This document shows positions 23,458 to 37,005 of a stretch of 64,000 nt of DNA, in pieces. The number at the start of each line of letters is the position of its first letter. Position 1 is the first letter of the stretch. The notes beneath the pieces are model-generated. The model had not been told where the DNA came from and made no database searches. It saw only the letters and a program-made list of their open reading frames with translations. The stretch covers positions 63,116,001-63,180,000 of the forward strand of contig CM068745.1 in NCBI GenBank assembly GCA_035084275.1, written 5' to 3'. Source of the stretch: Hydrolagus colliei (Eukaryota). Made by a program: the position numbers and the translations under genes.

Positions 23458-24570
23458 TGGAGTCCTGCAGCTCAGTGGTTAGCGCACTCGCCTTACAAGC
23501 ATGAGACCTATGTTCGAATCCAAGCAGGTCAGGGAGAAACCTTGGGCAAGTTTCCTTACTCCACATGCCTAATAATAAACCCTCCAAAAAAAATACACAA
23601 TAATAAAATTGGTCATTTGAATCCATGATTGTTTGGGGGACACTGCTGTGTGCAATTGGCTGCCATGTTTTGCCCACAAATATACAGTCAATTCACGTTA
23701 TAGTATATTCTGTGAAGCTCTTTGAGACAACAACAACAACAAAATTACACTTATAGAGCACCTTTCTCATTGGGAGGATGTCCCAAGGCGCTGAACAGCC
23801 AGGATGGGCCCCGAGCAAGGGATAGGGAAAGGGCAGGGGTGTGGGGCGGGAGAGAGTTAGGAAGGGAGGGCGAGAGTTGGGAGGGCAGCAGACAGCACGG
23901 TCGAAGAGGAGGGTCTTGAGGCCGGCCTTGTAGGAGGAGAGGGGGGTGAAAGGTGAAGGGACTGTGGGATGGAGTTCCAGATTGTGGGAGCAGAGAGGCT
24001 GAAGGCCCGTCCACCGATGGTAGGGCGGTCCGGGCAGGGGACAAGGAGCAGGCTGGAGCCCGCTAAATGGAGGGGGTGGGGAGGTTCATAGGGGGACAGC
24101 AGTTCAGAGACATGGGTGGGGCAAGGCCATGAATGGCCTTGAAGGTGAGGACGAGGTTCTTGAACTTGATCCTCTGTGGGATGGGGAGCCAATGGAGTCG
24201 GGTGAGGGTGGGAGTGATGTGGTCGTGGAGCTTGGTGCGGGGGAAGACATGAGCTGCAGAGTTCTGGATGATCTGCCGCTTGTGAAGGGAAGAACCAGGA
24301 AGGCTGACGAGGACGGAATTTCCGTAATCGAATCGTGATGTGATGAATGCATCTAGAAGGGTTTTGGCAGCTTGAGAGGTGAGGCAGTGGTGGTGGTGGT
24401 GCTGGAAGGCTGTATTGGTCATGGCGTGGATGTGGGGGAGGAAGGACAGTTCAGGGTCGAATAGGACGCCTGAGATGTGGAGGCACTGACGCAAGTCGAT
24501 CGAGACTTCTAGAAGATGTGAAAAGCACTATTTCAAATGTAAGGATTATTATTATTTTTATTATTATCAT
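23458..24570 (+). mobile_element. Major-family SINE split by an L2 insertion
   Basis: SINE head 23458 to ...TTTGAGAC (23728). Resumes GAGACTTCTAGAAGATGTGAAAAGC at 24502. Confidence 0.85.
23729..24495 (-). mobile_element. L2 3' part, GAGAC TSD
   Basis: GVLFDPELSFLPHI...ITSRFDYGNS...LHWLPIPQRIKFK (ORF 24063-24494). GAGAC at 23724-23728 and 24502-24506. Confidence 0.9.
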
Positions 24571-24789
24571 TCTCAGATAACTGAGTCTACTTGTAGGAGA
24601 TTTGCTGCCCTGCCCTGTAACCCAGGGCCTGCTGTGAACCATGTCCTTTCTATACCTTTTGCACCTTATCCTCTAGCTCCAGTTCAGTCTTTCTATTAAC
24701 ATCTCCATTCCCAATGCTTTCGGTAAACAACCCGACTGTAATATTCACATCTAAAACTATTGCGATAACTGTTCAAAAGATTGTAGGAG

Positions 24790-26300
24790 GCCGGTGCTAG
24801 TCAAGTTCAGGTGCCAGGTGATGGATTGGGAGTGAGGAGGTCAGAGAGATAGGGAGGTCCCAGGAGTGAATGGATTTTGAACATGAGCATCAGGGTCTTG
24901 AAGTCAATTCATTCAGTGATGGGGAGTCACAGAAGCTTGGCCGGACCTGGTATGATGGGGATACAGTGTTTGATCTAGGTAGATATGCAGGCAGCAGAGT
25001 TCTGAATGAGTTGGATATTCTGAATAGTGGAGCTGGGGAGGAGTGCATTTGAGTAATCCAGGCAGGAGGTGTCAAAGGCATGCATAAGGATTTCCACTGC
25101 ATTTGGGGTAAGGTACGGTTGGATGCTGGTAATGTGGTGGAGGTGGAGGAAGGCTGTCCTGATCAGGGACCAGATGTAGGGAAGGAAGGACAGCTGGGGG
25201 TTGAACTGGATGCCTAGATTGTGCCTTGATTTTGTGAGAGTTTGCACTCGTCCAGACCCTGATGTCTGCCAGATAAACTGATTGAACAACAATAGACCTG
25301 GAGTCAATGCTGGATGTGTCATCCCCATACATGTGGAAGTTTACCAGTGTCTGCCAATGAAATCGTCAAGAGAGCGTGTATGGATGAAACAAAAATGAGC
25401 TCCAAGGGTCGAGCCCTGGGGAATGCCAAATGTGACCGGGTGAGGGTGAGAGGAGAAACCATTTGCTGAAATGAAATGGAGGTGAAATGGTTAAGTAGGA
25501 CTCGAACTACGCAAGTGTGATCCCACTAAGCTCGAAGAGGGAGGAGAGGTGGTGGAGGAGGATAGCATGGTCGACTGTGTCTAACATGGCAGAGCAATCC
25601 AGTAGGACGAGGGGGTAGAAGGAGCCCTGGTCACAGATATAATTTTTTTTATTTGTGACTTCGATAAGTGCTGTCTCTGTTCTGTGTACAAGGCAAAAAC
25701 CAGATTGCAGTGGCTGGACAAGGGAGTAGACAGAGAGATGTGACAAAGTTGACTTGCAACAATGCGTTCCAGGACTTTAAGGAAAGGTAGGTTGGAAATG
25801 GGCCGATAGGAAGAGAGATCAGAGATATCAAGGTTGGGTTTTTGAGGAGGAATGTGATAACAGCTGTTTCAGGGTGAGTGGAAGAGAGCCTGAGGAGAGA
25901 TACTGGTTGACTGTGTTGGCCAGCAGTGGGGAGAGGAGGGGAAGTTGAGTGACCAGCAGCTGGGTGGGGTGGGGGGTTGAGGCAGCTGATACTTGTGGAT
26001 GATTGTGGTTAAGAGGCAGGAGGAAGAAATGGGGGCAAAATGTAAGGAGTGAGGAGTGGCAGGAGCTACGGTGGAGGGAGAAGATAGTGTGGAAGGCCTA
26101 GGTTGGGTGGATGGGGACATGGGGATGGGAGGATGAAGCAGCTAAGCAGATGTTTTACATTTTTGAGTTGAAGAAGTCTAGGATCTTTTTACACTTCGTG
26201 TTTGATGTGAGGATAGAGGGAGTTAGAGGAAGTGCAAGGGTGATGGGCAGTAGAAAACATTGTCTTTGGGTTGTTTTCATCTCCAGGATGACTTTGGAGT
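24790..26300 (-). mobile_element. Older, different L2 subfamily (RT region)
   Basis: LQSGFCLVHRTETALIEVTN...LVLLDCSAMLDTVDHAILL and NLGIQFNPQLSF...LDYSNALL. Confidence 0.85.
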
Positions 26301-28321
26301 AAAAGTCAGTTATGGATGTGCTTGAGTCAGTGTCTGTGCTCGAGCATCCAGGTTTGTGTTTTTTGTGTGCAGAAATAAATGTACCAGGGAGAGAGTGGAT
26401 TTGGAAACAGCCCTGGATTTCAGGGTTGCCAGGGAATTGAAGGTTATGGAGGGACAGTCATTCATCAGATCGGTGGCTGCATATACAAAAGCAAACAGGG
26501 AAATATTGAGTCTCTGATGTCTCTGTCCATATATGCATAACATTTTTCAATAAACCGTTTTGTTTCTTTCTCACCTCATCCATTATTTTTCATCTTAGTG
26601 CTTTGGTGCATTGCCTATTTTTCCATCCGTGCTCTGTATGCATGTTTTCTATTAGTGGTATGATTTGCCCAGTTACTCCTTTGCCTTGACAGTAGCTCAC
26701 ACAGCTTTGTGCTATTAATGTCAATAAAGATTTCAATTGTGTGTTAATACCACTGCACAAACTATTTTTGCCTCATATATTTAGAAGTAATCCTTAGATT
26801 TATCATTAATTTTAATAATGTTGAATATTTATTAGAATCATAGCTATATTGAATAAATATATACAGTACATCTCATTTAATTAAATATGGCTTTATCACA
26901 TAATCCTCTGAATTTCTTCTATTATATTCTAAACAAACATTATCCACTTAATTGAAAATGAGTGTATTTGGCGAGAGAAGTGTTTTGAAATCTAAGCATC
27001 TAATCAGAATTGGTGGATAGCTGTATGGATTTTCCTTAAGTACAGATAATATGATATTAGAATATGAAATTGTACTTTTAAAATTGCATTCGTTATTCAT
27101 ATATGCATATAAACAGATTCGCAAATTACCGAATAGAGCAGTTAAGAGTTTAGCACACATTAATGAATGTGATGTATGGAGTGCACTCAGTAGTATGAAC
27201 CTCATGGTCCTTTGTGTGGATCTAATAGCCTCACTGTACAATGTTCTAGTTTTACAGTTTTGTCCTGGTTTAATTCCCTCTTAATGCTGCATCTCGCTGG
27301 TGCAAGAAACTTCCTTGGTGCCTTACCTTGTGCCTAATGACAATTTTTTTTAGCTTCAATGTAAAATTTATGCTTCTGTGTCATCTACAGTCTTCAAAAT
27401 TCATTAATAATTGAGTACTTAACAATATGAAATTATCTTGACAACCTATTGTTTCACTTCTATCATGCCAATTGTAAAGAACATGCTGCAGCAATGCAAA
27501 AATGACAGGGAATAAAAATGTTAAGAAACAGTGATTTATTAAATCACTAGTGCATTTCCCAGTAAAGTTGGGAATGACTAATCAATTTTTTTCTTCTAGA
27601 AATTCACTCTGTAGTTATTAATGGTAACGTAACTTGTTTTTAAAATAAAAATCCAATGGAAAGTTCACATTGCCATGTTCAATAAATTTGCTGACACATG
27701 GAGAGTAATCTGTGCACATCGCAAGGGTTGAAACATTTACTGACAAGTGGGCAACAACCTTTAGAGCACAAATCCAAAGATTCAGCACACAAAGAACAAA
27801 ATAACCACCCAACAGATCTAGCACCTAAACAGTAAGAGCAGCTTGGGCTAGAGGCAACACTTTCACATCCACTCAGTCAGCTCATCCTACCATTTCCTGA
27901 TTGCACTACCCTGCATGAAGGGTGATATATAAATGCAAGTTGTTGTTGCTGTTATTGTTGTTATTTTTAGTTCTATTTTTTGCAGATATTTCGTTTCTTA
28001 ATTACTCGCATTCCCTTCCTTAGACTTTTGTTTTATTCTAAGTCCATTTATCCTTGAGCTCTATTTGTTGGAATGTTAAAGCTAAATTTCACAACATCAT
28101 GATGAATAAATGATGCACAGAAAACAATTCTGAATATATCTTGCAATAAAACTTAACCTTTCACCCCCTTGATTGTGCAGTTGACTGAAGCAGCAAAACA
28201 GAGCCGTCCATCATCGAACACAATTGCATGAACGTAAGAATTAGGAGCAGGAGTAGGCCATTCGGCCCCTCGAGCCTACACCGCCATTCAATAAGATCAT
28301 GGCTGATCTATTCTAACTCCA

Positions 28322-29563
28322 CCCAGGTAGCAAGCCCATGTGGGGGCCATATGGGTCCCATATGGGCCAAAATATGGGTCCCATATGGGGTGGCCCATAT
28401 GGGCCCCACACGATTCTGCACCCAAGATTCATATGGGACCCATATGAGCCAGCCCAGATAACCCATATGGGTTAGATCTGGGGCCCATCCGGGTAAAATA
28501 TGGGTGAAATATGGGCGAAATATGGGCTATCCCATATGGGCATTACATGGGGTTCACCTGGGGTCCATGTGCGCCAGCAGTATATGGGCAGAATATGGGC
28601 CATTCCATATGGGCATTATATGGGGTTCATCTATGAAATTGAAAAACAAATCACCATATATTGCTAATGTGATGCTGACTAACATCCTATTCACATGGGA
28701 ACACATGAGAAATCTCAATAAGATGCAATGGTTTACAATGATTTAAGAATCTTAAGATCCGTTATTCTTGCATTTTGTGGCTTATATAGCAACTGTGATT
28801 GGATGATAAGTGTAATCAACTTTTTGACCATACACCATTTATACCTTTTCTAGTAACCCAAAAAGAGAATTTAACGAACAATTTGATTGGATAAAAGTCG
28901 CAAGAATGAAACATAGAAACCAATACAATAATGAGTATGTTTTTAATAGCAGGGGTAATCTTTTGGATGTGTTGTGCTGTTTGTGTTCAAATGGGCTGAG
29001 AACTTCCTCCCTTGCCAAAATGTACATTGTGCATGGCCAAATGACACCTTTTAAGTTATGTCATGTGCTCTCACAAAAAGATACTTGCTTAACAATAGGT
29101 CACTGGTGCCTTTACTCTGAGCTGCATGGATTCAACTGCGGGGTTTCCGCCTAAAAGGTGCAGGGACCAGGAGCCCCGCCCATCCGCTGACATCATCAGT
29201 CATTGCCATGGCAACCACAGCCTGACTGACTGACTGGTCCCAGTTCTCACACACAACCTGTGACCTCCACCATACTCTCTGCTGCAAAGTGAATCAAGTG
29301 AATTGACTGTTGAAAGCCTTCCATATCTCCTGCCCATATGGGCTTGCCCAGGTTTTTCCCATATGATACCCCCATGGGCCAGCCCATATTCTGCCCACAT
29401 GGGCTTGCCCAGGTTTTCCCCATATGATTCCCATATGGGCTAGCCCAAGTATACCCATATAGACTAACCAATATGGGCCCCATATGGGATACATATGGGT
29501 TGATCCATGCCCATATGGCCCGGGTCATGCCCATATGGACCCCACATGGGCTTGCTACCTGGG
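28322..29563. mobile_element. Non-autonomous CACTA/EnSpm-like DNA transposon (1242 bp)
   Basis: 34-bp TIR CCCAGGTAGCAAGCCCATGTGGGG(g/t)CCATATGGG with 1 mismatch. 2-bp TSD CA at 28320-28321 and 29564-29565. Subterminal CCCATATGGG arrays. Superfamily inferred from the CCC...GGG ends, 2-bp TSD and subterminal repeats. Confidence 0.85.
29174..29215. promoter_or_regulatory. Promoter-like motif cluster inside the transposon
   Basis: GC box CCCCGCCC (29174-29181), CRE-like TGACATCA (29188-29195), RFX X-box ATTGCCATGGCAAC (29202-29215). Confidence 0.45.
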
Positions 29564-32500
29564 CACCTACTCGCCTTATTCCCATATACCTTAATTCCTT
29601 CATGCACAAGAAATCTGTCAATCTTAGTCTTGAATATGCTCAAGGACTGAGCTTCTACAACCCTTTGGGACAGACATATTATCCTTCATGTAGGATGTCT
29701 CAGAATTCTTTACAGTGGGATGGGATGTTGAGCAAGTAGAGGGGTTGACTTCCAGTATATCAATAGAAATCCTTTGCTGCATTCTCCATGGCAGTGGAAC
29801 TTTGCTATTGCTGCAAACAAATCTTTTAAAGTTGTATTGCCTAACAATTAACAGTCTTAGTGAGAGATCATATTCACCTTTAGCCATTCTGATGTGAACA
29901 GAATATGATTTCTTCACAAACTCCAATATAATAATAATAATCCCAGCATTTCATATAGTACCTTATCATGTCTTTGAGACATCTCAAATCGTAACTTGCC
30001 GAATGTTTTGCCCTGTAAAATGGACTGCTAATTCCTGTTCACACACTTGTTGCTATCATTCTTATTTTCTTTCGTATTTATCAAATTCCTGATTTTAAAA
30101 AAGTGCTACAGTAATTACCATATGCCATATTATCATTCATCTGCAGGGATTTCCGGGGCCAAGCAGTTCAATTCAATGGCACCCACTGGATTACTTTGCT
30201 GTGGAATAGAATTTAATGCACAACGGCAGGTGGAAGATTTTGGTCCCCAAATAAAGTTGCAATAGACAAACCTGCTGTGTTTAAACAGCCACATCTAATC
30301 TGGCACTGGTTCTAATTCACTGCAAAAGCAAATCAGCAGCTGCTGTGTAAATGGATAGAAGTGACAGGCCAGCTTTAACGTCTCTGCTTTAATAGCTCCA
30401 ATGATCAGATGCTTCAGCCTATCATCAGGACAGCAGTAGGTGCACCACTATCTGTGTGAAAGATCTGCTCTAATCTCAGAACATCCATCATTTCACAGTT
30501 AGGGACTGAAGTAATGAAGGATTACCAGTTATAATCAAACAGATGAGAGTGCTTGTATTACAATTTGCTTTGCGTGAATGATAACTTACTGGTTTAAGTG
30601 TAGGAACTAACTGATGGTGCTTGGCACTTTTTGTTTTCCACTCTAGTCATCTTTGCTTGCTTCCGATAAAAATTTACACCGTCTCAGTCGACAAATGCGG
30701 AACAGAAATGGAATAACCCATGAAGTAAAAATTTAAATGTTTGAAGTATAGATTATTACCAATGCTAATTATCACATCGCACCAGAAGCCTGCACCCACG
30801 TCTTCAATTGTTTGTCAAAATAATAGCACAGTCCTTTACCCATAAAATACAACAAGATTACATTTACAGAGCGCTTTCCACATTGGGAGGATGTCCTACC
30901 ATCAATCTACTTCACAATATATCCTCTGAAGTGCTTTGATATGTCTCAACAATGTGATTAGGCACTATATCAAATGCAAGAATTATTATTATTACTATTA
31001 TCGTATTCAAAATTTACCATTACTATCTTAGTTTTATGCCTGGGTACAAAATTTATTTTTCTGTCCCCATTAAGTCATGTTGTGCATCATATACAATTCT
31101 CTCTTAGAAATCAGTTAATGTTTACAGTAAAACTGATTGTTCATTTCCCATTATAGTAACCAGAATTAAAACTGACAGACGGTGGGATTCAATAGGTGCC
31201 AAATGGAAATGATTAAATCAACAACTTCCTGTGATAGGCGCAGAGGTTTGGTGGTCTGTGACCAGTGTTTGAAACTGTCATTGCATTTGAACATTTCAGT
31301 GAAGAATGTTTGTTCCTTGCAGCTCATTTCCGCTGAAAATGACACTCGGATTGCCAGCAAGAGCAAAGATCAACAAAACCTGTCAACTCCAGGTGTAACA
31401 GTGCGATCTTTTCAAATTGCTGCTAATCTGTCAAAGATCTTTATCTACTGTCTTCATAATGCTGTTTGCTCACACTCAGTCAACACTTTAAAAATTCTCT
31501 TTTTTCTGAAGTGTCAATTCCTGCCTTAAGCAACTAACCTAACCTAGAAATGAACAGGATTTCAGCAGCTTCAAAAGAGATGATTAGCTGTGCAGGAAGA
31601 ATCATCTCATCTCAGCTAGGAGAAGGTGTTTAAAGGCCAAAGCCCTTTACTTGTAACAGTCTTTTAATTATGTTGTCAACCATGCTGTTAATGCAACATG
31701 TTGCCCTTTTTGGTGACAAACAAGCCAGCTTTTTCCGCACTAGGAGCTATCTGAATTGGACATCGCTCTGTGGCAGCTGAACATTTTTGTTTTAGAATGT
31801 GATTATATTTATCATTTACTTTCAATGATGCATTGCTTTCTGTACATACATATCACAGAACCTTTGAAGATTCCCATTACGAACATGCCAGTGTTTTATC
31901 TCTTTACATAATGGAGCATATATTCACTGTGATCTCAGTCCAAAAATATTACCTTCCCAAGATCAGTGTCAAAGAGAATGTATAGAGGTTTCTGTCAACC
32001 CCTTTTACCCAGCACAACCAGTTGAACTTTCGACAAGTGAACTGAGAAAAGAGATGTAAGTGTAAAACAAAGCTTGGCAAAGACTATGGTCAAATCTTTG
32101 ATCTCGGTTCTTGATTTTTGACAACACAATTCCTCTTGTTGGTGAGGGAAACAGAATTTTGCTTTTCCCTAAATGCCAGTTCTTGGTATTCAGCGTGGGT
32201 GCCAAATTGATGTTCCAGTGTTATTAGAAGGTTTCAGTAATTTACCAGTTATTGATAAAAAGAACTGATCCCACTAATTAGCTCACAAGTCTCCTGTTGC
32301 AGCTGAGAGTATGGATACTTTTCTACTGCTTCACTCCCACCCAATTTTATTGTTCTTTGAAATTTCAGGCCTCAGAAGCCAATTGGTGGCATCAGTTTCG
32401 AATATCAAAGAGCTGTGATAGATATAAGTTGTTTCAATTTTTCTTTGTTCTGTTTGCAGCCTAGAGACCTCACAATCTGAGAATACAATCTGAGAGAGTG

Positions 32501-35500
32501 GAAATATTTAGGAATACAATGAGATACAATATTGAGTTGCTAAGGTCACATCAAGTTCTGTGCTTTGTCAAAATCACAGAATACACACAGTTACAGCATT
32601 TTACAGTATATCAAGCTCCACCATTATGAAGGCCCTTAAGGCAAGTGTTTAACAGGAATAGTTAGCGTGTGGGAATTGTCTTTTGATAGACACTGGCAGT
32701 CATGCAGCAAAGTAGGAATATGGCAGATCTATATCAATTTGCATATTGAAGTGGCTTTGATTACTGTTGTCATCGATATGCAGGTAGTTTGTGATCTTTT
32801 CGACAGGATATTCTGTATTCCTAGTTCACCATATGCCTGCCAACGACTATCAAAAGAGATGGTTCCCACGTGGTAAGTATTCTTGTTAAATACTCATCTT
32901 AAGGGCCTTAATCATGAGCCTTGTCAGGTGATAAATCATCTTGTAAATATTCTAGATCTTCAGACTAATTTCAAATAACTGTAGTATGGTAAGGAAACAG
33001 AGACAGACTGTTTACTGAAAACAGAAAAATAACTGATAAGAGTCTCGCAGGGCTTCATAAATTCATAAGAGATAACCTCTTCTATCAAGTTGATGCTTAA
33101 TGGAGTAGAAATGAAATTTATAAATTTATGATAAATAACTTTCTGATGGATTGTTATGTGTGCGTTCTTTCAATCCCTGAAAACATGTTTAGCCTGTAGG
33201 GTTGCAAGTTTTAATAATATTGAAAGATAATATTTAACAAAAGAAAAAAATTATCTCATTTTGAAGCTCTGTTTTTACTTATTACTATACTTATACTTAT
33301 TCTATACTTATCATGGATTCTTGTTCTGTGTTTTCATAGACAGATAAAAATGCAATGGAATTATTTTTAAAACACTCCTAAAATTGTGGAGATTAGTTTT
33401 TAAAAAAAATTAAATTGTTAGTTTTTTTATGGATTTGTTTTAATGCTGGCTTTTTGGTCTACCCTTTCTTCTTAATATTCTTCTAGTTTTTAAAATAAAT
33501 CCATGAGCAATATAATGTTGCAGATTTGAAATATACCAAGAATTTGACAAAATAAATTGAATTTCATTTAGAGAGGTAAAGATTGAAAAACAAAGCACAA
33601 ATATATCAAAGAAATAAATGAGAAAAGATTGACTGAGAAATGAAGATTGATTTACCAATTCATGAACATGATTAATCAGCTAGGAGAATCTGTAATATTT
33701 AATACACATGCAATCAGATGAAACTTTGTAATCAGTTAATTGTTCAATCACTTAAAGCAAGAAAAAATTATGCAATTTTAGTAACAATGTGTTGTGATTT
33801 TTCCATTACAATGTTGAAATAAAGCTGTAACATTGGGTAAGACAAAATCTATTATTTTATCAGCAAGTTTTTATTTATATTGACTTTGATACAGCTATTT
33901 ATGTATCAATACAACTTCTAGAAAGCTAAAAGCTATAATTGAATGCAGTCCTGGCAGAATCATCATTGGTATTCAAATCGATATTGAAGTCATTTCTCTG
34001 CATCTAGCAGAACTGCAAATTTAAATTATTGAAAACTGTAGGAAACCAAATGAAGTAAATTTGATGGTTTTAAGCTAATTTGATCGGATGTGCCTGGCAT
34101 AAAGGATGAGCGAAAAAGCCATGTCACTTCACTGGGATTCAAACCCAAAGACATGATGTATATTGAAGTAATCACTATGGACATATGTAATTTGAAACCC
34201 TATGTTAATACTGTATGCATAAAGGCAATGTTAATTTCCATATGCTGTGAAACTACAGATTTACTTTGGAATTGAGCTAATCCATCTGCATGATGTTTTT
34301 ACGCTAGATCTTACATGTTGGCTTGAAAATCAATTTTAATGGAAACGTTGATGTTGAAAAACCAGTATAAAGATACTGAGCTTTATTTGAAATCAAAATA
34401 AAACCTTAATTTAAACAAAATATATTTGTAACCGTCATAAATGCTCAAATAATACACGGAAATATAATAATATAGTATATAGCATAACTTTAAATAAAAC
34501 TGCATGACTTCTCAAAAATTTACTATTATATCTGACTGTTACTATCAGAAATGTATATTAGCAAAGATTTTTACATATTATACATAGTTAATAATATAAC
34601 GAAAGCAGAAAATGTCAAATACACTAAAGAAAAAAATGATCTGCCACTTACTGAAGGTTTAAGAAACATTGATTATCTTTTATGCATTACACCATTATAA
34701 TGGTAGCCCTGTGCATCAACATTTGTTCTACTTCAGTGAACATTGTAGCAAACTGTAGACAAAATATTATAAAGACTGCAGTAGATAGCATGTGGTCCTT
34801 TTTGTCTGTCAGATGAATGATGTGACACTCAAGAATTGTTTGCAAAACAGTGCAATTCACCATTTACATGGAAGTGTCAAAAGTGGTCTTTCGAGCTGAG
34901 GTATGGTAATGCATTATAAGATGAGTTAAACATGTGAATTTGCGCTCAAACGAGTAATGTAAAAATCTAAAACAGCAAATCACAGCAACTACATATCCTC
35001 AAGATAGCTTTATTTACTTTAAAAAAAATTTAATCAGCTGAAAATTTGAAATGCAGAAAATAGAGTTTGTTGTCAAAACAACCATTGTTATAAATGCTCG
35101 GGGGCCTCCAACTCAATACATTATTAAGAATTAAGAATTTCCTTCTGTAAGCTGACCCAGCTTTATATCTGACAATAAGCACAAACATGGATAGCCTCAA
35201 AGACAAATTTTATTATTATTTTACAAAGGCAAGGGGAAAATATTTAATTGGGATTTTAATGGGTTTCCTATATTTCATCATAATTTCTTTATGCTTTGAA
35301 ATATAGCTCTAAGTTTCAATATAGCTAGTGTTGAAGATATACCAGTAAAAGGTAAATTGTAGCAAATGTAGAGGCATGTTACAGAAAGAATGCAAATATC
35401 TGTTCAAAATGGATTGTGTGGACAGAGTTCTGTTCGCACACCTAGCAGAAAGTTGAAACCTAGCTAGTAGTCGATTTTCAGATCGCTAGTCGGGGGGTAA

Positions 35501-36689
35501 TGATCCCTACAAATTTTGATAAAAGTAATAATTTTTAAAAATCCACCACGGTTTGTGGGACTCTACACAATTGGCTGCTGCGTTTTGCCGACAGAATATA
35601 CAGTAAATTCACTTTACAGTATACTTTGCAATGTACTTTAAGACACCTTGAATGTGAATGCAAGAGTTATTATTAGTTCCCATTATTCTGATGTTGGCTT
35701 TGGTCTTATTGTGAGCTGGTTTACTGTATGTGGGATTTAAGTACTGTACAGTATTGCAAAATACCTGAATATGGTATTTTTATAAAATATAGAAATCTTA
35801 CATTACTTTTTGCTCAGTTTGATACCACCTGTGAATGCTGCATAAATTTATGAGTATTGCCCATTCAAGCCTCTAATGGAGTTGTTTATAATATGATATG
35901 AAGAATGTACATAGATGTACGAATTGCCGCTCAGCATCCTCAGTGTTGGGCACCATTTCTTCTGGGAATTTGTGAGCTGTCAAGAAGTGAGATGTTGATA
36001 GTAGAGTCCTGTTTTGAGAGCCTGAGAATTTACTTGTATGAAGGGCAATATGCAAGATGTTGTTGTTGAAGAACAGCATTCATACATTGCTTCGTGTGGT
36101 TTGTTGTTCCATTGCAGAAATAATCCATCCTTGTAACTGTTACTCGAGATTGCCAATTTAATGCCAACTGTTGCGGATTGTTTGTGGGCCTTTTCATTCA
36201 GTCAGTCAAAATCTACTAAAACCAAATTTCACCAGATTGGTTTGGTCCATTTGATCTCAATCCCTTCTGAATGCCCAACCAATTTTCTTCCTGTTGCCTC
36301 ATCAAGCAGTTTATAAACGAGTCATGCCTGGTAACCTGTTTGTCATCAAATGGTCCTCCGAGTAAAGAAACACTTGCTGGCGTCTGTTGTGAAATTTCTC
36401 TTTGCAACTCTAAATCTATGCATTGTTCTAATTAATTGGTGCATCCTATTGTTCTTGATGGTTTAAAAAATCTGGCCAGTTGTGCACTTGTTTACCTCTT
36501 TTATAAAAACATCTGTCCAATATACTATATTACTATATACCATGTGTTAACATTCCTCGGGGGTATTAATTACCCTCAGGTCCATACATCTTTTTTTTCG
36601 ATATCAGGTTGATAAATCAGGTTTTAATTATAACTGTTTACTTTCTTTGCCTATTAGAGAAACTCGGTACTGTACACCGTTCTGACAAC

Positions 36690-37005
36690 TGGCTTGACGC
36701 ACACAGGAAGTTACTGGAGTAAGGTTCCTTATTTACCCAGCAGAAAGTATGAACCCTGTTGTTGGTCAATTAGTGGATTGTTTTTCCGAGGGTAATAATT
36801 CCATCAAAATATAGAAAAATAATTTGGTCACTCAATCCACAACTGTTTGTGGGATACTGCTGTGTGCAATTGGCTGCATTTCGCTTGCAAAATACTGTAT
36901 ACAGTTAATTCACTTTACAGTATACAATACTCTGTGAAGCACCTTGAGATGTCTTGAAGATGTCTCAAAGGCACTATATCAACTGCAAGGATTATCCATT
37001 TATTA
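36690..37005 (+). mobile_element. Major-family SINE, long-module variant
   Basis: TTACCCAGCAGAAAGTATGAACCCTGTTGTTGG module plus Deu-like body and tail. Confidence 0.75.

Larger units (their letters stand above)
28228..29670 (-). mobile_element. CR1 (HER1/HE1-like) 3' end split by a DNA transposon
   Basis: AAGAATTAGGAGCAGGAGTAGGCCATTCGGCCCCTCGAGCC...AACTCCA before the insertion and CACCTACTCGCC...CTACAACCCTTTGGG after it. Confidence 0.8.

Noticed and set aside
23458-23535. tRNA genes (also at about 4300, 12193, 17765, 19630, 38510, 60590 and 62830)
   Set aside because: A and B boxes are present, but there is no proper acceptor stem and each continues into the SINE body, so these are SINE heads.
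28322-28630. CRISPR-like or satellite array
   Set aside because: Eukaryotic context, short irregular palindromic units without unique fixed-length spacers, and bounded by TIRs and a TSD.
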